A DNA stretch of 64,000 nt from Chloropicon primus (GCA_023205875.1 CP060767.1:434001-498000); one strand, 5' to 3'. Positions 10,979 to 22,310 are shown, counted from the first letter of the stretch. Numbers and translations: made by a program. Notes: generated by a model not told the origin, from the letters alone.

Positions 10979-11608
10979 TTACTTGACGGCTTCAGCGGCG
11001 GCCTCCTTGACCTCCTCGGCGGCGGTTCCCCAGCCGATGGCGGACATCAACTGTCCAAGAGCCCACTTGGCCCAGCCGTATCCCTTCTTGGCGGCGTTGA
11101 TGAGAGACTTGATCCACTTCTTGTTCAAGTTTCTGGACTCAACCTCCTCGACGGCCTCAAGTCCCAAGATGGCGGCGAAGGTCTCGTCGGTGACGGTCAA
11201 CTCAACATCACCAGACTCGACGGAGACGATGGCACCGTCACCCATGATGGTGGTGGTTCTTCCCTCGGTAACGACGGCGTTGACACCCATGACGGCGGTC
11301 TTGTCGCCCAAGTTCAAGGAGACGTCCTTGCAGAGGAAGGATCCAGAGCAAGAGGCCAAGTTAGAGGTTGGGCTGACGGTGGTGGTCAAGACAGCCTGTC
11401 CGTTCTTGGTGGAGAGGGTTCCGTTGGAAACCTTAACCTCCTTGGAGACCTCGTTGGCGAGGATGGTGACTCCGAAGACGGCGGCCAAGCAGGCAACGGT
11501 CAAGACGGAACCGACGACGACGGCGGCCTTCATGCTCTTGACAGAGCCCTCGACGTTGGACAACTGTCCCTTGAGGCTGGACATGGTGGATCTTCTCTCG
11601 GACTCCAT
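10979..11608 (-). CDS. Precursor protein A2 (copy of A1 with C-terminal substitutions)
   Basis: 209 aa; differs from A1 at KKGYGW vs KKGWGW and terminal VK vs MQ. Confidence 0.85.
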   Translation of the reverse strand: MESERRSTMSSLKGQLSNVEGSVKSMKAAVVVGSVLTVACLAAVFGVTILANEVSKEVKVSNGTLSTKNGQAVLTTTVSPTSNLASCSGSFLCKDVSLNLGDKTAVMGVNAVVTEGRTTTIMGDGAIVSVESGDVELTVTDETFAAILGLEAVEEVESRNLNKKWIKSLINAAKKGYGWAKWALGQLMSAIGWGTAAEEVKEAAAEAVK

Positions 11609-12084
11609 TATGATGTTTTGGGTAGGTTTGTTAAGTATTTGTTATTTCGTGTTTGTACGAGAACGTGTTCGTAAAAGTGAGACGATTGCAGGAGCAGGCC
11701 CGGTATATATATGTATCTGGACTGCGAGGGCCGGGGTCCTTTTTATTTCTGGGCAGTTTGATGTGATTTATGATGTTCATTTTTAAGGGGGTAATCGGTA
11801 GGTTGATGGAATATCTTGTTCATTTTTTTCTTTTTGTACGGAAACTGTACTACATTCGGTCGTGGATTTTGCGAGAAAAGGATGACATTTTGCGTCGTTT
11901 CGAGTTATACAATATCATCAGACTACCGATCCAGAAAATATTGAAATACCTCACATCAAACTGCCCAGAAGAATGAAAAGGGAGCGTTTTCCAGGGATAT
12001 ATACCGGGTCTGCTCCTGCAATCGTCTCACTTTTACGAACACGTTCTCGTACAAACACGAAATAACAAATACTTAACAATCATC

Positions 12085-12702
12085 ATGGAGTCCGAGAGAA
12101 GATCCACCATGTCCAGCCTCAAGGGACAGTTGTCCAACGTCGAGGGCTCTGTCAAGAGCATGAAGGCCGCCGTCGTCGTCGGTTCCGTCTTGACCGTTGC
12201 CTGCTTGGCCGCCGTCTTCGGAGTCACCATCCTCGCCAACGAGGTCTCCAAGGAGGTTAAGGTTTCCAACGGAACCCTCACCGCCAAGAACGGACAGGCT
12301 GTCTTGACCACCACCATCAGGCAGACCAACAAGGTGACTGACAACGCTGTCTTCACCACCCTCAACGCCGGCTCTATCACCGCCACCATGAAGATCAACG
12401 CCAAGGTCTACCAGGACGACGCCGTCACTCTCATCTGCGACGATGCCTTCGTTCTCTCCAGCGGAAAGAACACTGAGTTCCTCTTCAAGAAGGACTCCAT
12501 CTTGGCCAGCGTTGTCGGTGCCGAGGAGGTTGAGTCCAGAAACCTTTCTGCTGCTCCTCTTGTCTGGGCCATCATCAGAGGTGTTGGCTGGGCTGCCAAA
12601 GCTTGCTGGAGGTCCACCGCGTGCAGAGGTGCCATCTACGAGGCCGCCAGACAGATGGGTGCCTGGGTTCTCGATCAGCTCCCCGATCCACCACAGATGT
12701 AA
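12085..12702 (+). CDS. Precursor protein B2 (protein identical to B1)
   Basis: 205-aa ORF identical in translation to 9981..10598. Confidence 0.85.
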   Translation: MESERRSTMSSLKGQLSNVEGSVKSMKAAVVVGSVLTVACLAAVFGVTILANEVSKEVKVSNGTLTAKNGQAVLTTTIRQTNKVTDNAVFTTLNAGSITATMKINAKVYQDDAVTLICDDAFVLSSGKNTEFLFKKDSILASVVGAEEVESRNLSAAPLVWAIIRGVGWAAKACWRSTACRGAIYEAARQMGAWVLDQLPDPPQM

Positions 12703-13082
12703 ATTCGACTTTGCAGTCTGTCGTTGCGTCCATCCATGAAATGAGACACGCACCATCGTTATAATATAATATGACAAAAATCCAAAGTCTCTCTCTTTGT
12801 CCCCAGCATCCTGCGCCACGCCCGTCGCTCGTTGGGGATTCCCTCTGACCGCGTCGACCAGCCAATCATGTCGACCCAGACGAACAGTCCATATTTCTTG
12901 GCTCGGGCTTCCTCACATCTCTTGCCTGTGCCACGAGATGCGATGCGAAGAAGAGATCAGGGTTCGCTTGGGTGACTGGGGATTGAGACGAGTGTTGAAG
13001 AAGAGGAAGAAGAAGCCATCAAGTGGTGGTGGTTTGACTTTATATTATAAATGGCACGAAAGCTGATCACGAAAGAATGAGC

Positions 13083-13123
13083 TTACTTGACGGCTTCATC
13101 GGGCGGCGGTTCTGATGGCGGAC
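13083..13123 (-). pseudogene. Deleted remnant of the 3' end of a third A-type gene
   Basis: TTACTTGACGGCTTCA, GGCGGCGGTTC and GATGGCGGAC match the A2 3' end with internal deletions; similarity then stops. Confidence 0.7.
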
Positions 13124-13517
13124 CACGAGCTGCTGAAGAGCTCTTCTTAAACTCTAATTCTAGGTTTGAGATTGTCGCAAATGTTTACACCTGAAAGGAG
13201 GAAATTGGAGTTCGTTGAAAATGGGAACAGAGAAAGGGGAACGAAAGAAGCCTGAGGAGTCCGGCCTTTTTCCAAGCACACGCGTCTACGTCTGGCGGAG
13301 AAGGGAAGGCCTTGGCAGTAGTGAAACTAGGATCACTGCGGAACAACTGTGTTGTAGGTGTCTCATAGTTTCTTGTCGTTGAACGCACGCACCATGAAAA
13401 AGTTTTTTTGCGGGCGTGGGGTAGAACTTGTGTACACCTTTTGAATGCGAGGGGTGGTCCTTGCCACCACAAAGTAAGGCAAGCGCTTGTTACTGTAACG
13501 AGGAGTGGTCCTATAGA

Positions 13518-15374
13518 ATGTCGTTTTCAAGTGTGAAAGGGTTTTACGTGAGCAATGACCTTGACGTTGTTCTTGACAAGCATGCTGGGGAGGAAGAAGT
13601 TTGTAGGATTGAGACATGTATACTTATGCGGCCACTGGATTCGTCCTCGATAGCCAGGGAAGGAGTGGGTTCATTAGGTGCTCCAAAGCATGTTGTTCAG
13701 TTGAAGCAGCGTACTTACATTCATTTGATTCTCACAATGAGTGGTATAGTGATATCAAGAATGTACAGAGATAAGGCAAAGGAGGGAACAGACTCTATAG
13801 TGATCCCCTGGAGCATGGTGAGGCACATTGAAAGGCAAGCATTTTTGGCTTCGAGAACAGAGGCTTTCAGGCTCTTTGGTTGTCAGCCAAAGGGACGCGA
13901 GCAGTTGTACCTTTTGACGTTTTACGTCTTGAAGGAAAGAAAATCTGCCAAACCAAAAGACAAGCCCGCTACCGGTCTTTCGAAAAGTGGCAAAGTCTTT
14001 GGTTTGGGCAAAAACATGACAGGAGCTTGTTTCTCAAGGAGGCTCAGTGACAGAGTGGAACAAGAAGAGAGTCAGGAAACATGGGAACGCATTGAACTTT
14101 TGACAATAGAACCTGATTCTCATCTGTATACCACGTCATCCTTGATTTGGATAGAGAAGAAAATTGCAGATGATAGAAAGACTCTGGCATCACTCTCTCT
14201 GAAGAGTAAGGCCTCGACTCTCTGCAGCCACGAGGATAATGCAAAGTTCTACCACAATTTTATGACCTTGCTTGATTCGAAGCGCCTGGTGGACAAAGCA
14301 GATGCGCTAGCTCTCAAGGAGCTCGTCAAAGCATTGCACAGGTCAAGCGCGAGCGATGCGATGCACTTCAAACAGGTCTTGTACTCTTCAAGTAAGGCAT
14401 GGCCTGTCATTGTAGAGAGACTGACTACGTGGCTGAAGTTTCATCTTGACAACAAAGATCCTTCGGCAAGGGCGGAAAGGCTGACGGACATGGACATGAT
14501 GAGAGGTGAAGGCCTTGATCTTCAGGTTGGGACGCTGGAACAGCAAGTATGCGGGTGGAAGAGGACACCTCAGCAGACTGGAAATCGGCCTCGTGCTTCC
14601 TACAAAACGTATGGGGAGAAGTTCAGGACACTCAAACAGTGGCCTCTCGCCTTCACAAGCAAGGACCCTGCGCCCTATCACACACTCCGGCAGAAGAAAT
14701 GGTTCAAGCTTGCCAAAATGGCTGCAAGCAATCATGTCCTGTATAAGGTTAGATATCTGATTCACCTGATATACTATCTTGTGAAAGATTCTTCGCCGAT
14801 TCAGGAAAGGTTGTACTGGTTGCTTGAGCCAAACGAAGAGGAGGAGAGGGGCCACACGGGCGTGAATGGCGAAGGTAAGCAGAAGCGTCATTCCTGCTTC
14901 TTGAACTTGTTTGTGTTGTTGTGTAAATGTTTGAAGATCCAGGAAATCGGCGACCTGTCCAGCGAATTGGAGCATGAAGTTGTTAGCATCTTGTACTATG
15001 TCATGAAATTCTCTGAGGAGGCTGCAGAATCTGAGGACAGGGACCCCTTATCGTTTCTGTCCAAATGCTTGGGGATGATGCCTCGCCAAGACGTGGAGTA
15101 TCTTCTCGAGAAACTGCTGAAACCCAGCCAACTGATCACGAACAATCTGACCTATGAGCTCTACCAGTCATTCTACCTTGCGTCTCGAGTCATCAAGCTC
15201 AGACCAAGCTACGTCCGGTCATTTGGGCAGCAGTTCGAGGTGGACTGGAAGTACGAGCATCACAAGATGGAAGGAACGCTTGACAAAGTTGTGAGTGAAA
15301 GCTTTCTGAATCAAATTTACACCCTTGAGTACCATAAAATTTATGAACAGCTCTCAGGTGCGATTGCTGCTTAA
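13518..15374 (+). CDS. Uncharacterised protein, possibly DUF4551 (C12orf56-like)
   Basis: Long intronless ORF. LDVVLDKH...ETCIL, a PH-like N-terminal strand pattern and ALKELVKA...FKQVLYSS...IVERL recall C12orf56; recalled similarity only. Confidence 0.55.
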   Translation: MSFSSVKGFYVSNDLDVVLDKHAGEEEVCRIETCILMRPLDSSSIAREGVGSLGAPKHVVQLKQRTYIHLILTMSGIVISRMYRDKAKEGTDSIVIPWSMVRHIERQAFLASRTEAFRLFGCQPKGREQLYLLTFYVLKERKSAKPKDKPATGLSKSGKVFGLGKNMTGACFSRRLSDRVEQEESQETWERIELLTIEPDSHLYTTSSLIWIEKKIADDRKTLASLSLKSKASTLCSHEDNAKFYHNFMTLLDSKRLVDKADALALKELVKALHRSSASDAMHFKQVLYSSSKAWPVIVERLTTWLKFHLDNKDPSARAERLTDMDMMRGEGLDLQVGTLEQQVCGWKRTPQQTGNRPRASYKTYGEKFRTLKQWPLAFTSKDPAPYHTLRQKKWFKLAKMAASNHVLYKVRYLIHLIYYLVKDSSPIQERLYWLLEPNEEEERGHTGVNGEGKQKRHSCFLNLFVLLCKCLKIQEIGDLSSELEHEVVSILYYVMKFSEEAAESEDRDPLSFLSKCLGMMPRQDVEYLLEKLLKPSQLITNNLTYELYQSFYLASRVIKLRPSYVRSFGQQFEVDWKYEHHKMEGTLDKVVSESFLNQIYTLEYHKIYEQLSGAIAA

Positions 15375-15897
15375 GGGCCTTCTGTATTGTAGCATTTAAT
15401 CATTTGTAACCGTACAAGCCTATCAACTTGTATTTGTCACTTGAAAGGGGAACCCGTTGCTGTCTTTCCTTTCCAGCTTGAGGAAACGGATCCCTTTCGG
15501 ACAAGAAGAATTCTTTGTAGACCGCAGATTGCTTGGAAACTCCCAAGCTACAACCAATCAATCATTGCCCCCCCCCCCCGCGCACGCGTGCAAGTTCTCT
15601 CTCTCTCTCTCTGATCAGCATTCAATTCGACGCCGCGGATTTGGGTTTTCTAATTTTTTTCGAGATCAAAGGCGATCGCCCTCTAGTTCCGGAGGTTGAG
15701 GTAAGGTTGAGAACGATTGGACGCAAAGGACAAGTAGTGGCCGACACGAACCTATAGCAGATGAAAAAACAATCGTTTCAACTTTCATTCCACCCCAAAC
15801 TTGAGGACGATTCTAGCACGCTTCGCTGGTGAGGTAGTTTGGGAATTCACACCACAAGTGTTTGTTGTTTGCTCTTCTTTTGCATAGTGGGGCAGCC

Positions 15898-17763
15898 ATG
15901 GCAGCTCCAGCACTAGACGCGCTTTACTTTTTGGATGGGAGAGGGAACGTGATCATGTCGAGGACATATAGAGAAGGCATGGGGTACGTATCAAAACTCG
16001 CACACCACTATCTTGTTCTTTCCTTGTACTTTCTCGTCTGTCTCGGAAGTTATTTGTGGACAGACTCAAGGCTGGGGAGAACCTTGCCGCTTTCAGAGCT
16101 TTCTGGTATCCACGCTAGCCTCACACTATGGCGTAAGCTGCTGACTGGGTCATCTTTCCTCTTCTTCTAGTCGCGATATGGCGGAGGTTTTCAAAAAGTC
16201 CATTCTGGAGAACCCCCAGACAGAAGGCACAGCCCCTGTCAAGAACTTAGGGTACGTGATTGACCACCACCACTCTCTTCTAACCATGGGAGGCTCGCGT
16301 GGGTTCATGCTATTGTTCATGAGTGGCTTACGAAATACTTTTTCGCGATCTCCTCTTCTCTCTTGCAACCATGTTCTGTACCTTGACGAATTCACAGATC
16401 TTGCAACTTCTTGTATGTGAAAGTCACTAACGTGTACGTGCTAGCAGTGACCAATAAGAATGCCCATGCGGCTATGTGCCTCAACTTTATCTCAGATGTA
16501 AGTGAAAGAGGTTGAGGGTAGGGTATATACTCGCCGTGTGGCTTCCAGACACCCGCAACCACGTTGCCACAGACCTCCTCTAAGGACAAGTACGTGCGTA
16601 AGCTCTACTTCCCTCCGTCAAGTCATTTTGTGGACCCCTCTGAAGGCTGCTATGATACTGAAGCTGCGAACTGACATTGTGGTAAACATTCTTTGCTCGG
16701 AAAACCTTTGCAGATGATAAGATTGATGCGCGGGTATTTTGGAAACTTCAATGAGGATGCTATTAGAAACAACTTTGTGCTAGTGTATGAGCTCTTGGAC
16801 GAGATTATGGATTTTGGTTACCCTCAGATATTGAACGAACAGGTTCTCAAGACTTATATTACTCAGAAGGGGACCAAGGTGGATGCTGGGACAGCTGTTC
16901 CAACTTCTTCTTCGGTCAACATGATGCAAGTAACCGGAGCCGTGGCCCACAGGAGAGAGGGAATAAAGTACAAGAGGAATGAGGTCTACCTAGATGTGAT
17001 CGAGGATGTGAACGTGCTTATAGGCCAGCAAGGCTCGGTGCTTAAGGCTGATGTCCAGGGTGCAATCTTAGTCAAGTCTTTTCTTAGCGGGATGCCCAGC
17101 TTGAAGATTGGCCTGAACGAGGCTGCCGCCCTCCAGAATGACACAAACACTAGCGGTCAGCTCGGAGGAAGGAGAAAAATAGATCTGGATGACATTGTCT
17201 TTCATCAGTGCGTGAATTTGACCAAATTTAACTCTGAGAGAATGGTCACTTTCACGCCACCAGATGGTGAGTTCCAGCTCATGAAGTACAGAGCAAGTGA
17301 GAATCTCCACATTCCTTTCAAGGTCTTTCCCAACATCAAGGACGTGGGAAGGAGCAGGATAGAGGTGAGAGTAACAATCAAGAGCCTATATGCGTCAAAG
17401 CTGATGGCTATGAGGTGTCTGGTGAAGATTCCTGTTCCCAAATACACTGCAAAGGCAAGGTTTGACATGGCTGGCGGGAAATGCAAGTACGATGCCGCCA
17501 GCAACATGCTGATTTGGAAGCTAAAACGGTTCCCAGGAGGGCAGTCCTCCACACTCTTTGCGGACGTGGAGCTTGTGTCAACTTTGAAGGAAAGGAAGGC
17601 CTGGGTGCAGCCCCCGATACAGCTAGACTTCAATATTCCCATGTACACATCGAGCGGAATGCAGGTGCTATACCTCAAGGTTTGGGAGAAGAGTGGCTAT
17701 GAGACCACAAAGTGGGTAAGGAAGCTAACCAAGGCCGGAGACTTTTCAGTCAGATGCACATGA
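15898..17763 (+). CDS. AP2M: AP-2 adaptor complex mu subunit; 4 exons (15898-15983, 16171-16251, 16398-16497, 16714-17763)
   Basis: ALYFLDGRGNVIMSRTYR, EDAIRNNFVLVYELLDEIMDFGYPQ, DDIVFHQCV, FTPPDGEFQLMKYR, KWVR. GT..AG introns join the exons in frame. Confidence 0.93.
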
Positions 17764-17833
17764 ACAGCGGACGTGCATAGGGCAAACGCTACACAAGATA
17801 ATGTTATACCATAGATCCCAAAATACAAAAGGC

Positions 17834-19266
17834 TCAAAACATATCAGGATAGTCGAGCTGACCCGCCTCAAGGAGTTCTTGAACTTTTGATTGTGGCTCG
17901 GGCTCTCCACTCCCCCTGTGGCTCTCCAGAAACTTTTGGTAAGAAGTCCGGTCTCTCTTAATCATGTTTTCAATGAAGAATTCCCCAGCCTTGTAAGAAC
18001 TTCTTACCAACGGCCCCGCCGCCACAAATCTGAATCCTACAACCTCCTCACCATAACTTGCAAGCTGTTGGAACATCTCTGGTGTCCAAAATTCGACTAC
18101 AGATAAGTGCAGAGGCGTCGGCTGGAGATACTGCCCAAGCGTGAGGATGTCCACCCCTGCGTTCCTCAAATCATGCATGCACTCCTTGACTTCTTCCACG
18201 GTCTCACCCAAGCCAAGCATCAGCGATGACTTTGTGTACACTCCTTCCTCCTTGGCTGCGACCAATACATCGAGGGATTGCTCGTAGTTAGCCCTAGGAT
18301 CTCTTTTGACATGGAAGATAAAAGATAGTAGTAATGGCGGCAACAGCAGGAGTCAGTACTCTCAACAGTGATGCGCGGAGTCGTGTTCGATACCTACCTT
18401 ACTCTTGTTTGCAGTCTCCGCACTGTCTCTATGTTGTGAGCATACACGTCCAAACCTGATCGTGCAAGCTCTCTCACTGCATCCATATCCCCCTTGAAGT
18501 CTGGCGTTAGACACTCCACAAGCATGGAGGGCTTCAGCTGCTTTATACGCTGCACCGTCCGAGCAAAGTGACCTGATCCACCGTCTGGCAGGTCGTCTCG
18601 ATCAACGCTTGTCAGCACCACATATCCCACACCCCACTGTGCGATAGATCGCGCCGTGTCTTCCACTTCATCCTCGTTCAAAGGTGGCGGTGCTTGCGAG
18701 GTATTCACTGCACAGAACCTGCAACCTCGCGTACACGTGTCTCCCATCAGCATCACAGTCGCCGTTGCTATGTGGTCTTCACCCTCCTTCTCACTGCTCG
18801 ACCAGCACTCCCCGATGTTTGGACATTTCGCCTCCTCGCAAACCGTCGCAAGCTTCAACCCACCGAGCTCTTCCTTTAGCCTCTCATACTCTTCCCCTCC
18901 AGGTGCCTTCTGTCGAAGCCACGGTGGTTTCTTTCCACTTTTCTTCACCTCCTTGCCTCTCCAGGAAGACAGAGAGAGGGGGGAAGAAACCGATGATCCA
19001 TTGTTGGCAGCTTCGCCACGATCCCTCGCCGCTAGTTGTGCCAATACCTCGGCCTCTTCTCTGTTTATTCTCGCCACCTTCTCCTCGAGCGTTTCTTCAT
19101 TCTCACCCCTCGTGGAAAGACTTTCCGACGCTCTCCTTTGGGTCAAAAGTCTCGCGAAACGTCTTTCGATCACTTGTGACGACGTCTTCCACGCCTTTCT
19201 TGACTTCCCTCCTTCCCCCTTGCGTCCTCCTGAACCTCTCCAGCTCACTCCCCCTCTCGGCGCCAT
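17834..19266 (-). CDS. LIP1: Lipoyl synthase (radical SAM), organellar; intron 18303-18397
   Basis: [45 protein letters not shown]. Splicing restores VRDPRA; long N-terminal extension. Confidence 0.95.
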
Positions 19267-19322
19267 GCCAGCCACGATTTTGCTTTCTCTCTCTCCACTC
19301 GGATCATAATCGGTGGGTCACG

Positions 19323-19715
19323 TTACATGACAATACGATTTCTCGGATCAAGATAAGGGATAAGGGTGGGTGTTTGTTGATCATGACCTAACTCAAAGGC
19401 CTTGTGGTGACGCACTGCCCCCTCAACGATGACGACTTGGTCTCCATACCTGTCGAAAAACTCCTTGACACTGCTGATCGAACGAGCAGGGACCCTCGTT
19501 ATAGGGACTATATTCGGATCCTTCGGCTGCTTGTCCTCAACGGGAGAGCCACCCCTGCCGCTGAGGACCCCACGCGTTGCTATGAGGCAGAACAAGCCCA
19601 GAAGAGCAATAACTTTTGCCTTGGGGCTAAAGCGAGGTCGACGTTTGGACTTGTGGTGATCCTGACTTGAAGAATAGGGGTAAGCCCTCCCGCCCCTTTG
19701 GGCGTGTCTCAACAT
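19323..19715 (-). pseudogene. Truncated inverted copy of the 5' end of the JmjC gene at 20645
   Basis: 19387-19782 is the near-exact reverse complement of 20578-20972; homology ends at ...KAFELG. Confidence 0.85.
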
Positions 19716-19798
19716 CTTTCTCTAAGGCAAAGCAAGCTGCCCATACCCTACCGAGCGTCGTGGTGGTACGTTGTCCCCCTTCTCATTTTTAACGTTTT

Positions 19799-20333
19799 GG
19801 TCGGTAACTTGAGTCGGTTTCCCCCCCTCTCTCTCACTGGAAACCGACTGAGTTTGTCTCGGGGGCTAAAGAAAATATAGTTACCGTCGTTTCATGGTCG
19901 GTAAATTGAGTCGGTTTCCCCCCCCCCTCTCTCTCACTGGAAACCGACTGAGTTTGTGTCGGGGGCCACAAGAAAATATAGTTACCGTCGTTTCATGGTC
20001 GGTAAATTGAGTCGGTTTCCCCCCCCCTTTCTCACTGGAAACCGACTGAGTTTGTGTCGGGGGCCACAAGAAAATATAGTTACCGTCGTTTCATGGTCGG
20101 TAAATTGAGTCGGTTTCCCCCCCTCTCTCACTGGAAACCGACTGAGTTTGTGTCGGGGGCCACAAGAAAATATAGTTACCGTCGTTTCATGGTCGGTAAA
20201 TTGAGTCGGTTTCCCCCCCTCTCTCTCACTGGAAACCGACTGAGTTTGTGTCGGGGGCCACAAGAAAATATAGTTACCGTCGTTTCATGGTCGGTAAATT
20301 GAGTCGGTTTCCCCCCCCCTCTCTCACTGGAAA
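19799..20333 (+). repeat. ~98-bp minisatellite, ~5.5 copies, with an internal 11-bp stem (AGTCGGTTTCC/GGAAACCGACT) around a variable C/CT loop
   Basis: GGTCGGTAA recurs at 19799, 19896, 19997, 20095, 20191, 20289. Confidence 0.97.
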
Positions 20334-20644
20334 GTTTCCAAGCCGACTGAGTCGGTTTACAGTTGTGTGACAGAGAGAACGAGAAAGAGCGAGCGAGCGG
20401 TGAAGGGGTGAAAGTACGGCTGTTTCCAGTATCCTCAAGCGATAGCCTTTACGGGAGGACGACAACAGGGGTTGAAATTCCAGCGTGAGCACCACTGGTA
20501 GACGAGTCTGCTCCTTCCCCGATATCATCTGGTGACAACGTCGTCTGGTAGGAAGGACACAGAGAGAGAAAAAGGACGAAGGGGGACAACGTACCACCAC
20601 GACGCTCGGTAGGGTATGGACAGCTTGCTTTGCCTTAGAGAAAG

Positions 20645-22116
20645 ATGTTGAGACACGCCCAAAGGGGCGGGAGGGCTTACCCCTATTCTTCAAGTCAGGA
20701 TCACCACAAGTCCAAACGTCGACCTCGCTGTAGCCCCAAGGCAAAAGTTATTGCTCTTCTGGGCTTGTTCTGCCTCATAGCAACGCGTGGGGTCTTCAGG
20801 GCAGGGGTGGCTCTCCCGTTGAGGACAAGCAGCCGAAGGATCCGAATATAGTCCCTATAACGAGGGTCCCTGCTCGTTCGATCAGCAGTGTCAAGGAGTT
20901 TTTCGACAGGTATGGAGACCAAGTCGTCATCGTTGAGGGGGAAGTGCGTCACCACAAGGCCTTTGAGTTAGGCTGGCAGGGGCTGAAAGACCTGTGCGGA
21001 GGAGGCACCCTGGAAACGGCCAAATACAGCAAGGACTCGAACGAGTGGGCAGGGCTAACGGACAGGAATGCCATGCTTCTCAAGGACTACGTTGACAACT
21101 ACATTCTGAACAGAAAGGAGGGCCACGAAATGAGATATGCTGCTGGTAATCTCGGGACTGGAAGTGTATGTCCACAACTCGATTCGCACGTGCTCGTTCC
21201 AAGGTATGTGTCTGGGGCCTTGTACGGTGCCGATGAATACAGTCATGGACCCGGGGGAGAGATCCAGCGTCCAGTTTTGGCTCAACCTGAGGTTTTCATC
21301 GGGCCAAAGGACTCCTTGACCGAGATGCACATGGACAACTTCTTGTCTCCTTTCTGGATGACTGTATATATCGGGAAGAAAATCTTCAGGGCCGTATCGT
21401 ATGAAGATTCGAGCATACACATGCCTTACTTTCGAAAGGATATAAGGTTTCAGAAGACCGTCAAGAACGAGAACAACGTGACTGAGGTGAAGCAGCTTGA
21501 GATATGGAACCCTGACTTAGAGACCTTTCCAGAGCTTGGAAAAGTGAAGCTCCTCGAAGGCCCAGTCAATGCAGGTGACTGGATTTACCTGCCGCCGGGC
21601 ACCTTGCACGGGGTCTACAACTCTGAATCTTCTTGGGCCGTGAGTCAAAACTCCTTGTATCCCGCGGTACGGGACAGATTCATGGACGTCTGTAGTACGT
21701 TGAATGCCATGGAGTGCGTACATTATATGAGAATTGTGTCTAGGAACCAAACGTTAGGAGAGTGCGTTGCTGGTGAAGAACATTCCAGAAGGACTTTTGT
21801 TGCCAAGGGTCAGAGAAGGGCAGACTTACAAAGGTGTTGGGATGAGAGCCCAATCGCGCAGGAAATACAGAAAGAGTTTGACGAGGGAAAAAGCAGGGAC
21901 AAGCCTATGCATGAAGTTGCAGGTTTCAAAGATTTTGAGTCGTGGTGCGAAGCAACTTGTAGAGTGAACCGAGCGTTTGACGCAAAGAGAAGGAAGATTT
22001 ACAATGAATTAGATGAGGAGCAAAAGAAAGTCGTGAGAGAGGAACTCCTATACTTCACAGAAGAGGAAGAGAAGCGTAAGGCAGACTTCTTGTGCAACTC
22101 TTGCACGAGTGCGTAA
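20645..22116 (+). CDS. Membrane-anchored JmjC/cupin 2OG-Fe(II) oxygenase with a 1-bp deletion near 20799 (pseudogene or consensus error)
   Basis: EMHMD (HxD) and GDWIYLPPGTLHGVYN. N-terminal TM segment (VIALLGLFCLIAT). The intact frame across the lesion is seen in the inverted copy. Confidence 0.8.
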
Positions 22117-22203
22117 AATGATGGACTTTCTCTCCAGTCATTATTGTAATTTAGCTACGATTATCATCCATACAACCGTGCATCAAGTACGCTGAAGGCC
22201 ATG

Positions 22204-22310
22204 CCGTCGTTTTGGTCAGTACTAAGTCCGTTTTCCCCTCCCTCCCTCTCTTTCTCTCTCTGCTCTGGAACTTTCACAAATTTATTTCACTGAGTCTGTG
22301 CCTTGGGCCA
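22204..22310 (+). repeat. Degenerate solo copy of the 98-bp unit
   Basis: CCGTCGTTTTGGTCAGTA...AGTCCGTTTTCCCCTC...CTGGAA...ACTGAGTCTGTGCC..GGGCCA aligns co-linearly with the minisatellite unit. Confidence 0.65.

Larger units (their letters stand above)
8499..13098. repeat. Tandem ~2.1-kb segmental repeat (2 full units plus a partial third), each full unit carrying a divergent gene pair
   Basis: TCGACTTTGCAGTCTGTCG starts at 8499, 10601 and 12705 (periods 2102 and 2104); units are nearly identical. Confidence 0.97.

Noticed and set aside
8871..12865. Long antisense and alternative-frame ORFs over the A/B genes
   Set aside because: Shadows of strong codon bias; they repeat only because the DNA repeats.
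19799..20333. CRISPR-like look of the hairpin-containing array
   Set aside because: Units are identical end to end with no unique spacers, there are no cas genes, and the context is eukaryotic.
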